Below, in pieces: positions 8,030 to 17,109 of a stretch of DNA of 64,000 nucleotides. Position 1 is the stretch's first letter. Every line of letters begins with the position of its first letter. The notes beneath the pieces were generated by a model. It had not been told where the DNA came from, did not search any database, and saw only the letters and a list, made by a program, of their open reading frames with translations. Where the stretch lies: the NCBI GenBank assembly GCA_963786385.1, contig CAWAYS010000005.1, positions 96,527 through 160,526 on the forward strand. Direction: 5' to 3'. Position numbers and translations under genes: made by a program. This DNA comes from an uncultured Gammaproteobacteria bacterium. Its GTDB lineage: Bacteria > Pseudomonadota > Gammaproteobacteria > Steroidobacterales > Rariloculaceae.

Positions 8030-9868
8030 ATGAATACGCGAACACTTCTTTACTGCAGCTTGACCGCGTCGTGGACGATGCTTCTCGCCGCCTGCGGCGG
8101 TGGCGGCGGTGGTGGCGGGAGCAACAGCGGTGCGGGTCCGGCACCGGCGAACCCGCTCAGTGACAATGCGGCGCTCGCGTCGCTATCGATCGCCGAAGCC
8201 GATCTCGATCAGATCTTTCAACCGACTCAATCGGATTACACGGCCGAGGTCAGATTCCTGACCCCGACGGTGACCCTCGGTGCTCGGCCGGACGATACGG
8301 CCGCCACGGTGCGTGTGAACGGCGCAGCGGTCGGCGTTGCCGGCATCGACGAGCCGCTGCTCGAGGGAGACAACGTGTTTGCCGTGGCGGTGACGGCCGA
8401 GGACGGCGTCACGCAGCAGGTTTACCACGTCGCCGTCAGGCGGCAAACGGCCGCGGAGTTCGCGCAGCAGGCGTACGTGAAGGCAGCGAACGCCGGTGCG
8501 GGCGATGCCTTCGGTATGTCGATTGCGCTAGACGGCGACACGCTCGCGGTCGGAGCGCCGTACGAGGACAGCGGTAAGACGGGTGTCGGTGCAGTCGGCG
8601 CGGATGACGGCGCCATGGACGCCGGAGCCGTCTACTTGTTTGCCCGCGACAGCGGCGGCAATTGGGCGCCCGGCGCCTACCTCAAGCCGTCGAACACCGG
8701 TCCGGGCGACAGCTTCGGTGCGTCGGTGGCGCTCGACGGCGATACGTTGGTCGTCGGTGCGCCGTACGAGGACAGCGCCGAGACCGGTGCTGCCGGCGAC
8801 GGCACCGACGACAGCGCGCCCGATGCAGGTGCGGTCTACGTCTTCACGCGCGATAGCGCCGGCATGTGGTCGCAGCGCGCCTATCTCAAGGCGTCGAATA
8901 CCGATCCAGGCGACGACTTCGGTATAGCCGTTGCGCTCGACGGCGACACCCTCGTGGTGGGCGCTTCGCGGGAGGACAGTATCGAAAGCGGCACCGCTGG
9001 GCACGGGAGCGACAACAACGCCATAGATGCCGGTGCGGCCTACGTGTTCGCGCGCGACGCGACCGGTGCGTGGTCGCAAGTCGCGTACCTGAAGGCGTCG
9101 AACACGGATTCCGGCGACAACTTCGGATACTCCGTCGCAGTTGCCGAGAATACGTTGGTCGTCGGCGCACGTTACGAAAGCAGCGCTTCGACGGCGATCG
9201 ATGCGGGCCAAGCCAACAACGACGCGCAGAGCGCCGGCGCCGCGTACGTGTTCGTGCGTGACGGCGCCGGGGCATGGTCGCAGCAAGCCTACCTCAAGCC
9301 GTCCAATACCGACGCGTCCGATGCTTTCGGCACGCAGGTCGCGTTGTCGCGCGACACGGTCGCCGTCGGTGCCGTATTCGAGCGCTCGAGCGCGACGGGC
9401 GTCGACGGCGATGACACCGACAATACGGCATCCGAGGCGGGCGCGGTCTACGTGTTCGTCCGCGACGATACCGGGACCTGGTCGCAACAGGCGTATATCA
9501 AGGCTTCGAACGCGGCGCGTCTCGATCACTTCGGTGCGTCACTGGCATTGTCCGGCGATTTGCTGGCGGTCGGGGCGACCGGCGAGTCCAGCAGCGCGAC
9601 CGGCATCAACGGCGCGCAGGCCGACGATTCGATGTCGGAAAGCGGCGCCGTGTACGTGCTCAGCCGCAGTGGCAGCGTCTGGAGCCAGCAGGCCTACGTC
9701 AAAGCATCGAACACCGGGACTCTAGAGGCCTTCGGTTACGCCGTCGCGATCTCTGGCGACACGGTTGCCGTCGGCGCCGCCAACGAGGACAGCGCCGCGA
9801 CCACCGTCGACGGCGACCAGAGCGACAACACTGCAGCCGGCGCCGGGGCCGTGTACGTCCTGCGCTGA
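8030..9868 (+). CDS. lipoprotein: Cadherin-like beta-sandwich + 7-blade FG-GAP/integrin-alpha-like propeller
   Basis: 612 aa. Lipobox LLAAC with Cys at codon 22, followed by Gly8. Cadherin-like module (LASLSIAEADLDQIFQPTQSDYTAEV...VRVNGAAV...GDNVFAVAVTAEDGVTQQVYHVAVRR). Then seven ~67-aa repeats of the form Y[LV]KASN..GD.FG.SVALDGDTL[AV]VGA..EDS..TG..G..D.....GAVYVF.RD..G.WSQ.A. Confidence 0.85.
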   Translation: MNTRTLLYCSLTASWTMLLAACGGGGGGGGSNSGAGPAPANPLSDNAALASLSIAEADLDQIFQPTQSDYTAEVRFLTPTVTLGARPDDTAATVRVNGAAVGVAGIDEPLLEGDNVFAVAVTAEDGVTQQVYHVAVRRQTAAEFAQQAYVKAANAGAGDAFGMSIALDGDTLAVGAPYEDSGKTGVGAVGADDGAMDAGAVYLFARDSGGNWAPGAYLKPSNTGPGDSFGASVALDGDTLVVGAPYEDSAETGAAGDGTDDSAPDAGAVYVFTRDSAGMWSQRAYLKASNTDPGDDFGIAVALDGDTLVVGASREDSIESGTAGHGSDNNAIDAGAAYVFARDATGAWSQVAYLKASNTDSGDNFGYSVAVAENTLVVGARYESSASTAIDAGQANNDAQSAGAAYVFVRDGAGAWSQQAYLKPSNTDASDAFGTQVALSRDTVAVGAVFERSSATGVDGDDTDNTASEAGAVYVFVRDDTGTWSQQAYIKASNAARLDHFGASLALSGDLLAVGATGESSSATGINGAQADDSMSESGAVYVLSRSGSVWSQQAYVKASNTGTLEAFGYAVAISGDTVAVGAANEDSAATTVDGDQSDNTAAGAGAVYVLR

Positions 9869-9917
9869 CGAACACGGCGCGATCCGAACAAGAAATCGCA
9901 ATGAGGAGTATCGAGCG

Positions 9918-12900
9918 ATGAATCTGCAAGCCAACTTCGCACGCGTTTTGGCGGTCGTTTGTTTTCTCGCGCTTGGTGCCTGTGGAGGTGGCGGCGGCGG
10001 CAGCAGTAGTAGTGGCAGCAGCGGCAGCGGCAGCAGCGGCAGCGGAGGTGGCGGTGGCGGCGGAACCGGCGGCAGCCGAAGCAGCGACGCAAACCTCTCG
10101 GCTTTGACGATGGCAGGTGCGGCACTCGAGCAAGTGTTCTCTCCGACCGCGACGGCCTATACGGCCGTTGCGGGTTTTCTGATCCGCTCGATCGAAATCG
10201 ATGCGACGGCCGAAGACGGCGCCGCTACCGTGACCGTGAACGGTGCGCCGGTGGCGAGCGCGCCCGTGACGGTCGATCTCGGCGAAGGCGACAACGACAT
10301 CGTCGTCGAGGTCACGGCCGAGAACGGGACGAAGCGCGACTACACAGTCACGGTCACCCGGCAAAGCGCCGCGGCATTTGCCGAAGATGCTTACGTGAAG
10401 GCCTCGAATACGCAGGCGGACGATCTGTTCGGGTTTGCCGTGGCGCTCGACGGCGACACGCTCGCGGTCGGGGCCTTCGAGGAGGACAGCTCCGCCCAAG
10501 ACGTCGGCGGCGACGAGACGGACGACAGCGTCGCCGGGGCCGGGGCCGTATACGTGTTCGTGCGCGACGCGGCCGGAGCGTGGTCGCAGCAGGCCTATGT
10601 GAAAGCGTCGAATCCGGGCACAGAGGATCACTTCGGTTACGCGCTGGCGCTGTCCGGCGATACGCTTGCGGTCGGCGCTTTCGGTGAGGACAGCGCCGCG
10701 ACCGGCATCGACGGCGACTCGGCCGACGACAACGCGTTCGATTCCGGCGCCGTCTACGTGTTCGTGCGTGACGCGGCCGGGCAGTGGTCGCGGCAGGCCT
10801 ATGTCAAGGCGTCGAACACCGGGAACCTCGACGAGTTCGGCTTTTCGGTGGCGCTCTCGGGTGACACGCTTGCAGTCGGCGCGGTCGGCGAGGCGAGCGG
10901 TGCCGCCGGTGTCGATGCCGATCAAAGCGACGACAACGCGTCGTTTGCGGGCGCCGTCTATATGTTCACTCGCGACGCCGGCCACTGGTCGCAGCAGGCT
11001 TACGCGAAAGCGTCGAATGCGGCCGCGAACGACGACTTCGGTCAATCGGTCGCGCTCGACGGCGACACGCTCGTCGTGGGTGCGATGGGCGAGGACGGCG
11101 GCTCGAGCGGCGTCGGCGGCGACGAGACGGACGACAGCCAACCGAACTCGGGGGCTGCGTATGTGTTCGTTCGCGACGCGGGTGCTTGGTCGCAGCAAGC
11201 GTACGTGAAGGCTTCGAATCCCGGCAACGGCGACGCCTTCGGCTTCTCGGTCGATGTGTCCGCCGACACGCTCGTCGTCGGGGCGCCGTACGAGGACAGC
11301 ATTACGACCGGGATCGACACGACGCCGCACGACACGGCCGCGGAGGCCGGTGCCGCTTACGTGTTCGTCCGCGACGCGGACATGTGGTCGCAGCAGGCGT
11401 ACGTCAAAGCTTCGAACACGGACGCGGGCGATCAGTTCGGTTATTCCGTCGCGCTCGACGGCGATGCGCTCGTCGTCGGCGCGCTGGCCGAAAACGGCGG
11501 CGGGACGGGCATCGGCGCCGACGAGCAAGACGATACGGCGTCGGCCGCCGGTGCGACGTACCTGTTCACGCGCGAGGCGGACCAATGGTCGCAACGAGGC
11601 TACCTCAAAGCCTCGAACGCCGAGGCGGGCGACCTGTTCGGCACGGCGGTCGCACTCTCCGGCGACACGCTCGCCGTCGGCGCGTACCTCGAGGACGGCG
11701 CGGCCAAAGGCGTCGGCGGCGACGCCGCCGACAACAGCGCGGTGGACGCGGGCGCCGTGTACTTGTTCGGCGGCATTCCGACACGCACGTCGACGTTGTC
11801 GTCGCTCGGAATCGATGGCGCCGGGCTCGATCAGATCTTCCAGCCGACGCAGCTCGATTACACGGCTGCGGTCGGTTTCTTCGGCGCGTCCGTGCACATC
11901 GATGCGCCTGCCGCCGACGCCGCGGCCACGGTGCGCGTGAACGGCGTATCGGTCGGGCCTTCGGGCATCACCGTACCGCTCGTCGAGGGAAACAACCCGA
12001 TCGAGATCCTCGTCACGGCCGAGGACGGTGCGACGCAGAGTGCGTACGAGCTCACTGTGACGCGCGAGAGCATCGGCGACTTCGCGCAAGACGCGTATCT
12101 GAAGGCCGGCAACATCGACAGCATCAAGGACGACCAGCTGTTCGGCTACTCGGTCGCGCTCGCGGCCGACGGCAGCACGCTGGCCGTGGGTGTCTTCAAA
12201 GACGGCAGCGGTGCCGCCGGTATCGACGGCGACTCGTCCGACCAGTCGGCATTGAACAGTGGGGCGGTCTACGTGTTCGTGCGCGCCGGCGGCGGGTCGT
12301 GGACCCCGCAGGCCTATATCAAGGCGTCGAACCCCGGCGCGAACGATCACTTCGGTGCCTCCCTGGCGCTTGCGGCCGACGGTGGCACGCTCGCCGTCGG
12401 TGCCGAGGACGAGGACAGCGGCGCGACCGGTGTCGACGGCGACCAGCTCGACGACTCGGCGCTCGACAGCGGTGCCGTCTACGTGTTCGCTCGCAGCGGC
12501 GCGACGTGGAGTCAGCAGGCCTACCTCAAGGCCTCGAACACGGGCGCCGGGGACGGATTCGGTCACGCCATTGCGCTGGCGGCCGACGGCGACACGTTGG
12601 CGGTCGGCGCCGGCGAGGAAGACGGCAACGCCGCCGGTGTCGACGACGGCCTGGCCGACGACAGCGGTGCGGTCTATGTATTCGCTCGCAACGGCGCGAC
12701 GTGGAGCCAACAGGGCTACGTGAAGCCCTCGAACACGGGGCAAGGCGATCAATTCGGCTTGGCCGTCGCGCTGTCGGGTGACGGCGGCACGCTGGTCGCG
12801 ACCGCGCCGCTCGAGGATGGCGCCGGCACCGGTATCGATGCACCCGACGGCGACAACGCGCTGACGACGGATTCGGGTGCGGCGTATGTCTTCACGCGCG

Positions 12901-13505
12901 ATGGCGGCGGGTGGAGCCAGCAGGCCTACGTAAAGGCCTCGAATACCGCCAAGAGCGATCAGTTCGGTCTGGCCGTCGCGCTCTCGGGCGACGGCGGCAC
13001 GTTGGCCGTCGGGACGACGTTCGAAGGCAGCAGTGCCACCGGCATCGACGGGGATGAGCTCGACAATTCCGCGCCGTCGAGCGGCGCAGTCTACGTATTC
13101 GTTCGTAGCGGCGCGACGTGGGCACAGCAAGCCTATGTGAAAGCATCGAACACCGGTTCGGGAGATCAGTTCGGCGGCGCCGTCGCGCTCGCGCGAGACG
13201 GCGACGTGCTCGCCGTCGGCGCGCACTGGGAGAGCAGCGGGGCCACGGGGATCAACGGCGATGAGCTCGACGACTCGCTATCGAAGAGCGGAGCGGCCTA
13301 CCTGTTCGTCCGCGCCGGCGACGTCTGGAGCCAGCAGGCGTACGTGAAGGCCTCGAGCCCCGGCGAGAACGACGAATTCGGATATTCGATCGCGCTGTCG
13401 GGCGACACGCTCGCGGTCGGTGCGCAGTGGGAGCAGAGCGGCTCGGCCGTCGACGAGACGGACGACAGCGTCGACGGTGCCGGCGCGGTGTACGTGTTCC
13501 ATTGA
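9918..13505 (+). CDS. lipoprotein: two consecutive [Cadherin-like + 7-blade FG-GAP-like propeller] modules
   Basis: Track ORF 9765..13505. Start placed at ATG 9918 (GAGGAG 9 nt upstream). Lipobox LGAC (Cys codon 22) plus a ~30-residue Gly/Ser linker. First Cadherin-like module LSALTMAGAALEQVFSPTATAYTAV... then 7 blades. Second Cadherin-like module LSSLGIDGAGLDQIFQPTQLDYTAAV... then 7 blades. Confidence 0.85.
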   Translation: MNLQANFARVLAVVCFLALGACGGGGGGSSSSGSSGSGSSGSGGGGGGGTGGSRSSDANLSALTMAGAALEQVFSPTATAYTAVAGFLIRSIEIDATAEDGAATVTVNGAPVASAPVTVDLGEGDNDIVVEVTAENGTKRDYTVTVTRQSAAAFAEDAYVKASNTQADDLFGFAVALDGDTLAVGAFEEDSSAQDVGGDETDDSVAGAGAVYVFVRDAAGAWSQQAYVKASNPGTEDHFGYALALSGDTLAVGAFGEDSAATGIDGDSADDNAFDSGAVYVFVRDAAGQWSRQAYVKASNTGNLDEFGFSVALSGDTLAVGAVGEASGAAGVDADQSDDNASFAGAVYMFTRDAGHWSQQAYAKASNAAANDDFGQSVALDGDTLVVGAMGEDGGSSGVGGDETDDSQPNSGAAYVFVRDAGAWSQQAYVKASNPGNGDAFGFSVDVSADTLVVGAPYEDSITTGIDTTPHDTAAEAGAAYVFVRDADMWSQQAYVKASNTDAGDQFGYSVALDGDALVVGALAENGGGTGIGADEQDDTASAAGATYLFTREADQWSQRGYLKASNAEAGDLFGTAVALSGDTLAVGAYLEDGAAKGVGGDAADNSAVDAGAVYLFGGIPTRTSTLSSLGIDGAGLDQIFQPTQLDYTAAVGFFGASVHIDAPAADAAATVRVNGVSVGPSGITVPLVEGNNPIEILVTAEDGATQSAYELTVTRESIGDFAQDAYLKAGNIDSIKDDQLFGYSVALAADGSTLAVGVFKDGSGAAGIDGDSSDQSALNSGAVYVFVRAGGGSWTPQAYIKASNPGANDHFGASLALAADGGTLAVGAEDEDSGATGVDGDQLDDSALDSGAVYVFARSGATWSQQAYLKASNTGAGDGFGHAIALAADGDTLAVGAGEEDGNAAGVDDGLADDSGAVYVFARNGATWSQQGYVKPSNTGQGDQFGLAVALSGDGGTLVATAPLEDGAGTGIDAPDGDNALTTDSGAAYVFTRDGGGWSQQAYVKASNTAKSDQFGLAVALSGDGGTLAVGTTFEGSSATGIDGDELDNSAPSSGAVYVFVRSGATWAQQAYVKASNTGSGDQFGGAVALARDGDVLAVGAHWESSGATGINGDELDDSLSKSGAAYLFVRAGDVWSQQAYVKASSPGENDEFGYSIALSGDTLAVGAQWEQSGSAVDETDDSVDGAGAVYVFH

Positions 13506-13552
13506 TAGAGACGAGCGGCGGCCGAGCTGTTGCGCAAACGAGGAGTCCGGTC

Positions 13553-16500
13553 ATGGGTGTCACGAATAGGTTCATGCGGCTTACCACGCTGCTCTGCTTC
13601 GCAGTCCTCACGGCCTGTGGGGGCGGTGGAGGTGGGGGTAGCGGCAACGGCAACGGCGGCGGCGGTCGCCAAAGCAGCGACGCGTTGCTGTCGACGCTGT
13701 CGATCGAAGGCGCGACGTTGGAGCAGAGCTTCGACCCGAACACGACGTCCTATACGACCGTCGTCGGCTTCCTGAATCGCGCGGTCGAAATCGCCGCCGC
13801 GCCCGAGGATGCCGCCGCGACGATTAGCGTGAACGGCGCGCCGCTCACGAGCACGGCAACGACGCTCGATCTCGACGAAGGCGACAACGACGTCGTCGTC
13901 GAGGTCAGGGCCGAGGACGGCACGACGCGCGACTACACCGTGACGGTCACGCGCCAACGCGCGGCGGCTTTTGCCGAAGATGCCTACGTCAAGGCATCGA
14001 ACCCAGACGTGAACGACCAGTTCGGCTATACCGTCGCGCTCGACGGCAATACGCTGGCCGTCGCCGCGAGCGGAGAGGACGGCAGCGCAAGGGTGATCGA
14101 CGGCGACCAGACCGACAATGCCCTTCCGGAATCCGGCGCCGTGTATGTGTTCGCGCGCAACGCCGCGGGGCAGTGGTCCCAGCAGGCTTACGTGAAAGCG
14201 TCGAACTCCGGGGCCGGTGATGCCTTCGGTCGGGCGCTCGGCCTTTCCGGCGACACGCTGGCCGTCGGTGCGCCCGGCGAGGACAGCGCGGCCATGGGGA
14301 TCGACGGCGATTCGATGGACGACACGGCGACCGATGCCGGCGCCGTCTATATCTACGTGCGCGACGCGGCCGGCGCATGGTCGCAGCAGGCGTACATGAA
14401 GGCTTCGAACGCCGAGCTCGGCGACGGATTCGGAGGTGCCGTCGCGCTGTCGGGCGACACGCTGGCCGTGGGCGCCATCGAAGAGGCCAGCGCCGCGACC
14501 GGCGTCGACGGCGACTGGACCGACAATTCCGCCGAGGAATCCGGCGCTGTCTATGTCTTCGTGCGCGACGCCGGGCAATGGTCGCAGCAGGCGTACGTGA
14601 AGGCATCGAACACGGAGGCCAACGACCGCTTCGGCGCGGCCGTCGCGCTCGACGGCGACACGCTTGCGGTGGGAGCGATCGGCGAGGACAGCTCCGCGAC
14701 CGGTGTCGGGGGCGATGAGAGCGACAACAACGCCTCGTTCGCGGGCGCTGTGTATGTGTACGTCCGTGACACGGCCGGCCGATGGTCGCAGCAGGCCTAT
14801 ATCAAGCCTTCCAACGGCGGCAGTGAACTCACCTTCGGCTTTGCGCTCGCAATCGATCGGGACACGCTGGCCGTCGGCGCGCCGGGCGACGACAGCAATG
14901 CCAAGGGCGTCGACGGCGTTGCCGACCCCGCCGCGATGACGCTCGGCGATTCCGGTGCCGTGTATGTGTTCGCGCGCGATGCGGGTCAGTGGTCGCAGCA
15001 GGCGTTCATCAAGGCGTCGAGCCCTGCCGTAGAGGACGTTTTCGGCCTATCGGTCGCGCTTCGCGGCGACACGCTGGCCGTCGGTGCGCCCGGCGAGGAC
15101 AGCGCGGCCATCGGTATCGGCGGTGACGAGGACGACTACGCGGCGCCCGACTCCGGTGCCGTATACGTGTTCGCGCGCGAAGCCGGAGCGTGGTCGCAAA
15201 CGTTCTACGTGAAGGCGTCGAACACCGAGGCCAACGACCAATTCGGCGTTTCGGTGGGCTTGTCTGCCGATACCCTTGCGGCCGGCGCATATCTCGAAGA
15301 CGGCGCGGCGACGGGTGTCGGCGGCGATGCTTCGAGCGACGACGCGCTCGGCGCCGGTGCCGCGTATCTCGTCGGCGGCGTTCCGGCACGAACCTCGACG
15401 CTAGCGTCGCTGTCGGTCGACGGCGTCGCGCTCGACCAAATCTTTCAGCCGACGCAGCTCGATTACACGGCCGAAGTCGGTTTCCTCGCGCGGCGGATTC
15501 ATCTCGGTATCGATATGGCGGACTCGGGAGAGACGGTGCACGTAAACGGCGTGCCGGTCGGTGCGTCCGGCATAGACCTCGGGCTCATTCCGGGCGACAA
15601 CGTGATCGAGATCAGAGTGACGGCCGAGGACGGCGTGACCGACAGGGTGTACGAGCTTACCGCAACGCGCGAGAGCGCACAGGCGTTCGCGCAGCAAGCG
15701 TACGCCAAGGCGTCGAACACGGACGAGAACGACAATTTCGGCCGCAGCGTTGCCCTCTCGGGCGACACGCTCGCAGTCGGCGCGCCGAACGAGTCGGGCG
15801 CGGTGGCAGGCGGCGGCGCTCAGGGGGATAACACCGCCGAGAGCGCCGGCGCCGTCTACGTCTTCACACGCGACGGGGCCGGCGTATGGTCGCAGCAAGC
15901 CTATCTGAAGGCCTCGAACCCGGACGCCATGGACTTCTTCGGCGCCGCCGTCGCGCTCGAAGGAAACACACTCGTAGTCGGTGCGTATGGTGAAGACAGC
16001 TCGGCCACCGGCGTGAACGGCGACGAGACCGACAACAGCGCCGACAGCGCCGGCGCCGTGTATGTGTTCGCGCGCGACGACACGGGTCAGTGGTCGAAAC
16101 AGGGTTACCTCAAGGCAGCGGATCCGGGAACGTTCTTCGGGACAGCCGTCGCGATCTCGGGCGACACGATCGTGGCCGGTCCCGGCGTCTATGTGTTCAC
16201 GCGCGACGACTCGGGCCAATGGTCCGCGCAGGGCCAAGTCACGAACGGTGGAGGGGGCAACGACGGCTTCGGATTTTCCGTCGCCCTCGACGGAAACACC
16301 GTGGCCGTGGGGGCCTACCGCAACGCGAGCTCGGCGACCGGCGTCGACGGCGACCCGAATATGGGCGGTGCGCCGGATTCCGGTGCCGTCTACGTGTATA
16401 CGCGTGACGACAATGGTCAATGGGGGCGGGCTACCGTTATCAAGGCGTCCAACACGGACACGTCGGACACGTTCGGCTGGGCCGTGGCCCTGGACGGCGA

Positions 16501-17014
16501 CACGCTGGCCGTTTCCGCGCCGGGCGAGGACAGCAATGCGAGTGGGGTCGGCGGGGAGCAAAGCGACAACTCGCTCGACTTTTCCGGGGCTGTGTATGTC
16601 TTCAGGCGCGACGGGGCCGGCGTGTGGTCGCAGCAAGCCTACATCAAGGCTTCGAACCCGGGGATGCGCGACGCCTTCGGCGACTCGCTCGCGCTCTCCG
16701 GCGACACGCTCGTGGTCGGCGCGCCGTTCGAGGACAGCGCCGAGACGGGTATCGGCGGCATCGGGGAGCACGACGACACGCCGGATTCGGGCGCCGTCTA
16801 CGTCTTCGTGCGCAGCGGCGGGCAGTGGGCCCAAGCAGCCTACGTCAAAGCGTCGAACACCGGCACGCCGGACAACTTCGGCACTTCCGTGGCCCTCGAC
16901 CTGGAGACGCTCGCGGTTGGGGCGTTCCAGGAAGCCGGTGCCGGGAAGGGTGTCGGCAGCGACGAAACCGATGACAGCGCTGCGGGCGCCGGTGCCGCGT
17001 ACGTGTTCCGGTGA
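13553..17014 (+). CDS. lipoprotein: two consecutive [Cadherin-like + 7-blade FG-GAP-like propeller] modules
   Basis: Track ORF 13427..17014. Start placed at ATG 13553 (AGGAG 7 nt upstream). Lipobox LTAC (Cys codon 22) plus a Gly-rich linker. Modules begin LSTLSIEGATLEQSFDPNTTSYTTV... and LASLSVDGVALDQIFQPTQLDYTAEV..., each followed by 7 blades. One blade in the last propeller is shortened. Confidence 0.85.
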   Translation: MGVTNRFMRLTTLLCFAVLTACGGGGGGGSGNGNGGGGRQSSDALLSTLSIEGATLEQSFDPNTTSYTTVVGFLNRAVEIAAAPEDAAATISVNGAPLTSTATTLDLDEGDNDVVVEVRAEDGTTRDYTVTVTRQRAAAFAEDAYVKASNPDVNDQFGYTVALDGNTLAVAASGEDGSARVIDGDQTDNALPESGAVYVFARNAAGQWSQQAYVKASNSGAGDAFGRALGLSGDTLAVGAPGEDSAAMGIDGDSMDDTATDAGAVYIYVRDAAGAWSQQAYMKASNAELGDGFGGAVALSGDTLAVGAIEEASAATGVDGDWTDNSAEESGAVYVFVRDAGQWSQQAYVKASNTEANDRFGAAVALDGDTLAVGAIGEDSSATGVGGDESDNNASFAGAVYVYVRDTAGRWSQQAYIKPSNGGSELTFGFALAIDRDTLAVGAPGDDSNAKGVDGVADPAAMTLGDSGAVYVFARDAGQWSQQAFIKASSPAVEDVFGLSVALRGDTLAVGAPGEDSAAIGIGGDEDDYAAPDSGAVYVFAREAGAWSQTFYVKASNTEANDQFGVSVGLSADTLAAGAYLEDGAATGVGGDASSDDALGAGAAYLVGGVPARTSTLASLSVDGVALDQIFQPTQLDYTAEVGFLARRIHLGIDMADSGETVHVNGVPVGASGIDLGLIPGDNVIEIRVTAEDGVTDRVYELTATRESAQAFAQQAYAKASNTDENDNFGRSVALSGDTLAVGAPNESGAVAGGGAQGDNTAESAGAVYVFTRDGAGVWSQQAYLKASNPDAMDFFGAAVALEGNTLVVGAYGEDSSATGVNGDETDNSADSAGAVYVFARDDTGQWSKQGYLKAADPGTFFGTAVAISGDTIVAGPGVYVFTRDDSGQWSAQGQVTNGGGGNDGFGFSVALDGNTVAVGAYRNASSATGVDGDPNMGGAPDSGAVYVYTRDDNGQWGRATVIKASNTDTSDTFGWAVALDGDTLAVSAPGEDSNASGVGGEQSDNSLDFSGAVYVFRRDGAGVWSQQAYIKASNPGMRDAFGDSLALSGDTLVVGAPFEDSAETGIGGIGEHDDTPDSGAVYVFVRSGGQWAQAAYVKASNTGTPDNFGTSVALDLETLAVGAFQEAGAGKGVGSDETDDSAAGAGAAYVFR

Positions 17015-17109
17015 CGGGCATGCGCACGGCGCGGGGCGCGGCGGTGCATGCAGCGCGTGGCGGCGATGCACTTTCGATTCTGCCGTGAACGATGGTTTAG
17101 GAGCCACTC

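Noticed and set aside
9699-13226. 1175-aa reverse-strand ORF (and similar ones at 8528..9529, 13298..14578, 15401..17107) antisense to the FG-GAP lipoprotein genes
   Set aside because: The translations are Arg/Val/Gly/Ala-rich with no domain signature and no start-site features. The forward frames have lipoprotein signals, Shine-Dalgarno sites and a clear repeat architecture. Long stop-free antisense frames are expected for GC-rich, codon-repetitive genes.
8030-17014. Possible CRISPR or other non-coding tandem array suggested by the ~200-bp periodicity
   Set aside because: The periodicity is entirely within long ORFs and corresponds to 67-aa propeller blades. The repeats are divergent at the DNA level, with no spacer/repeat structure and no cas genes.
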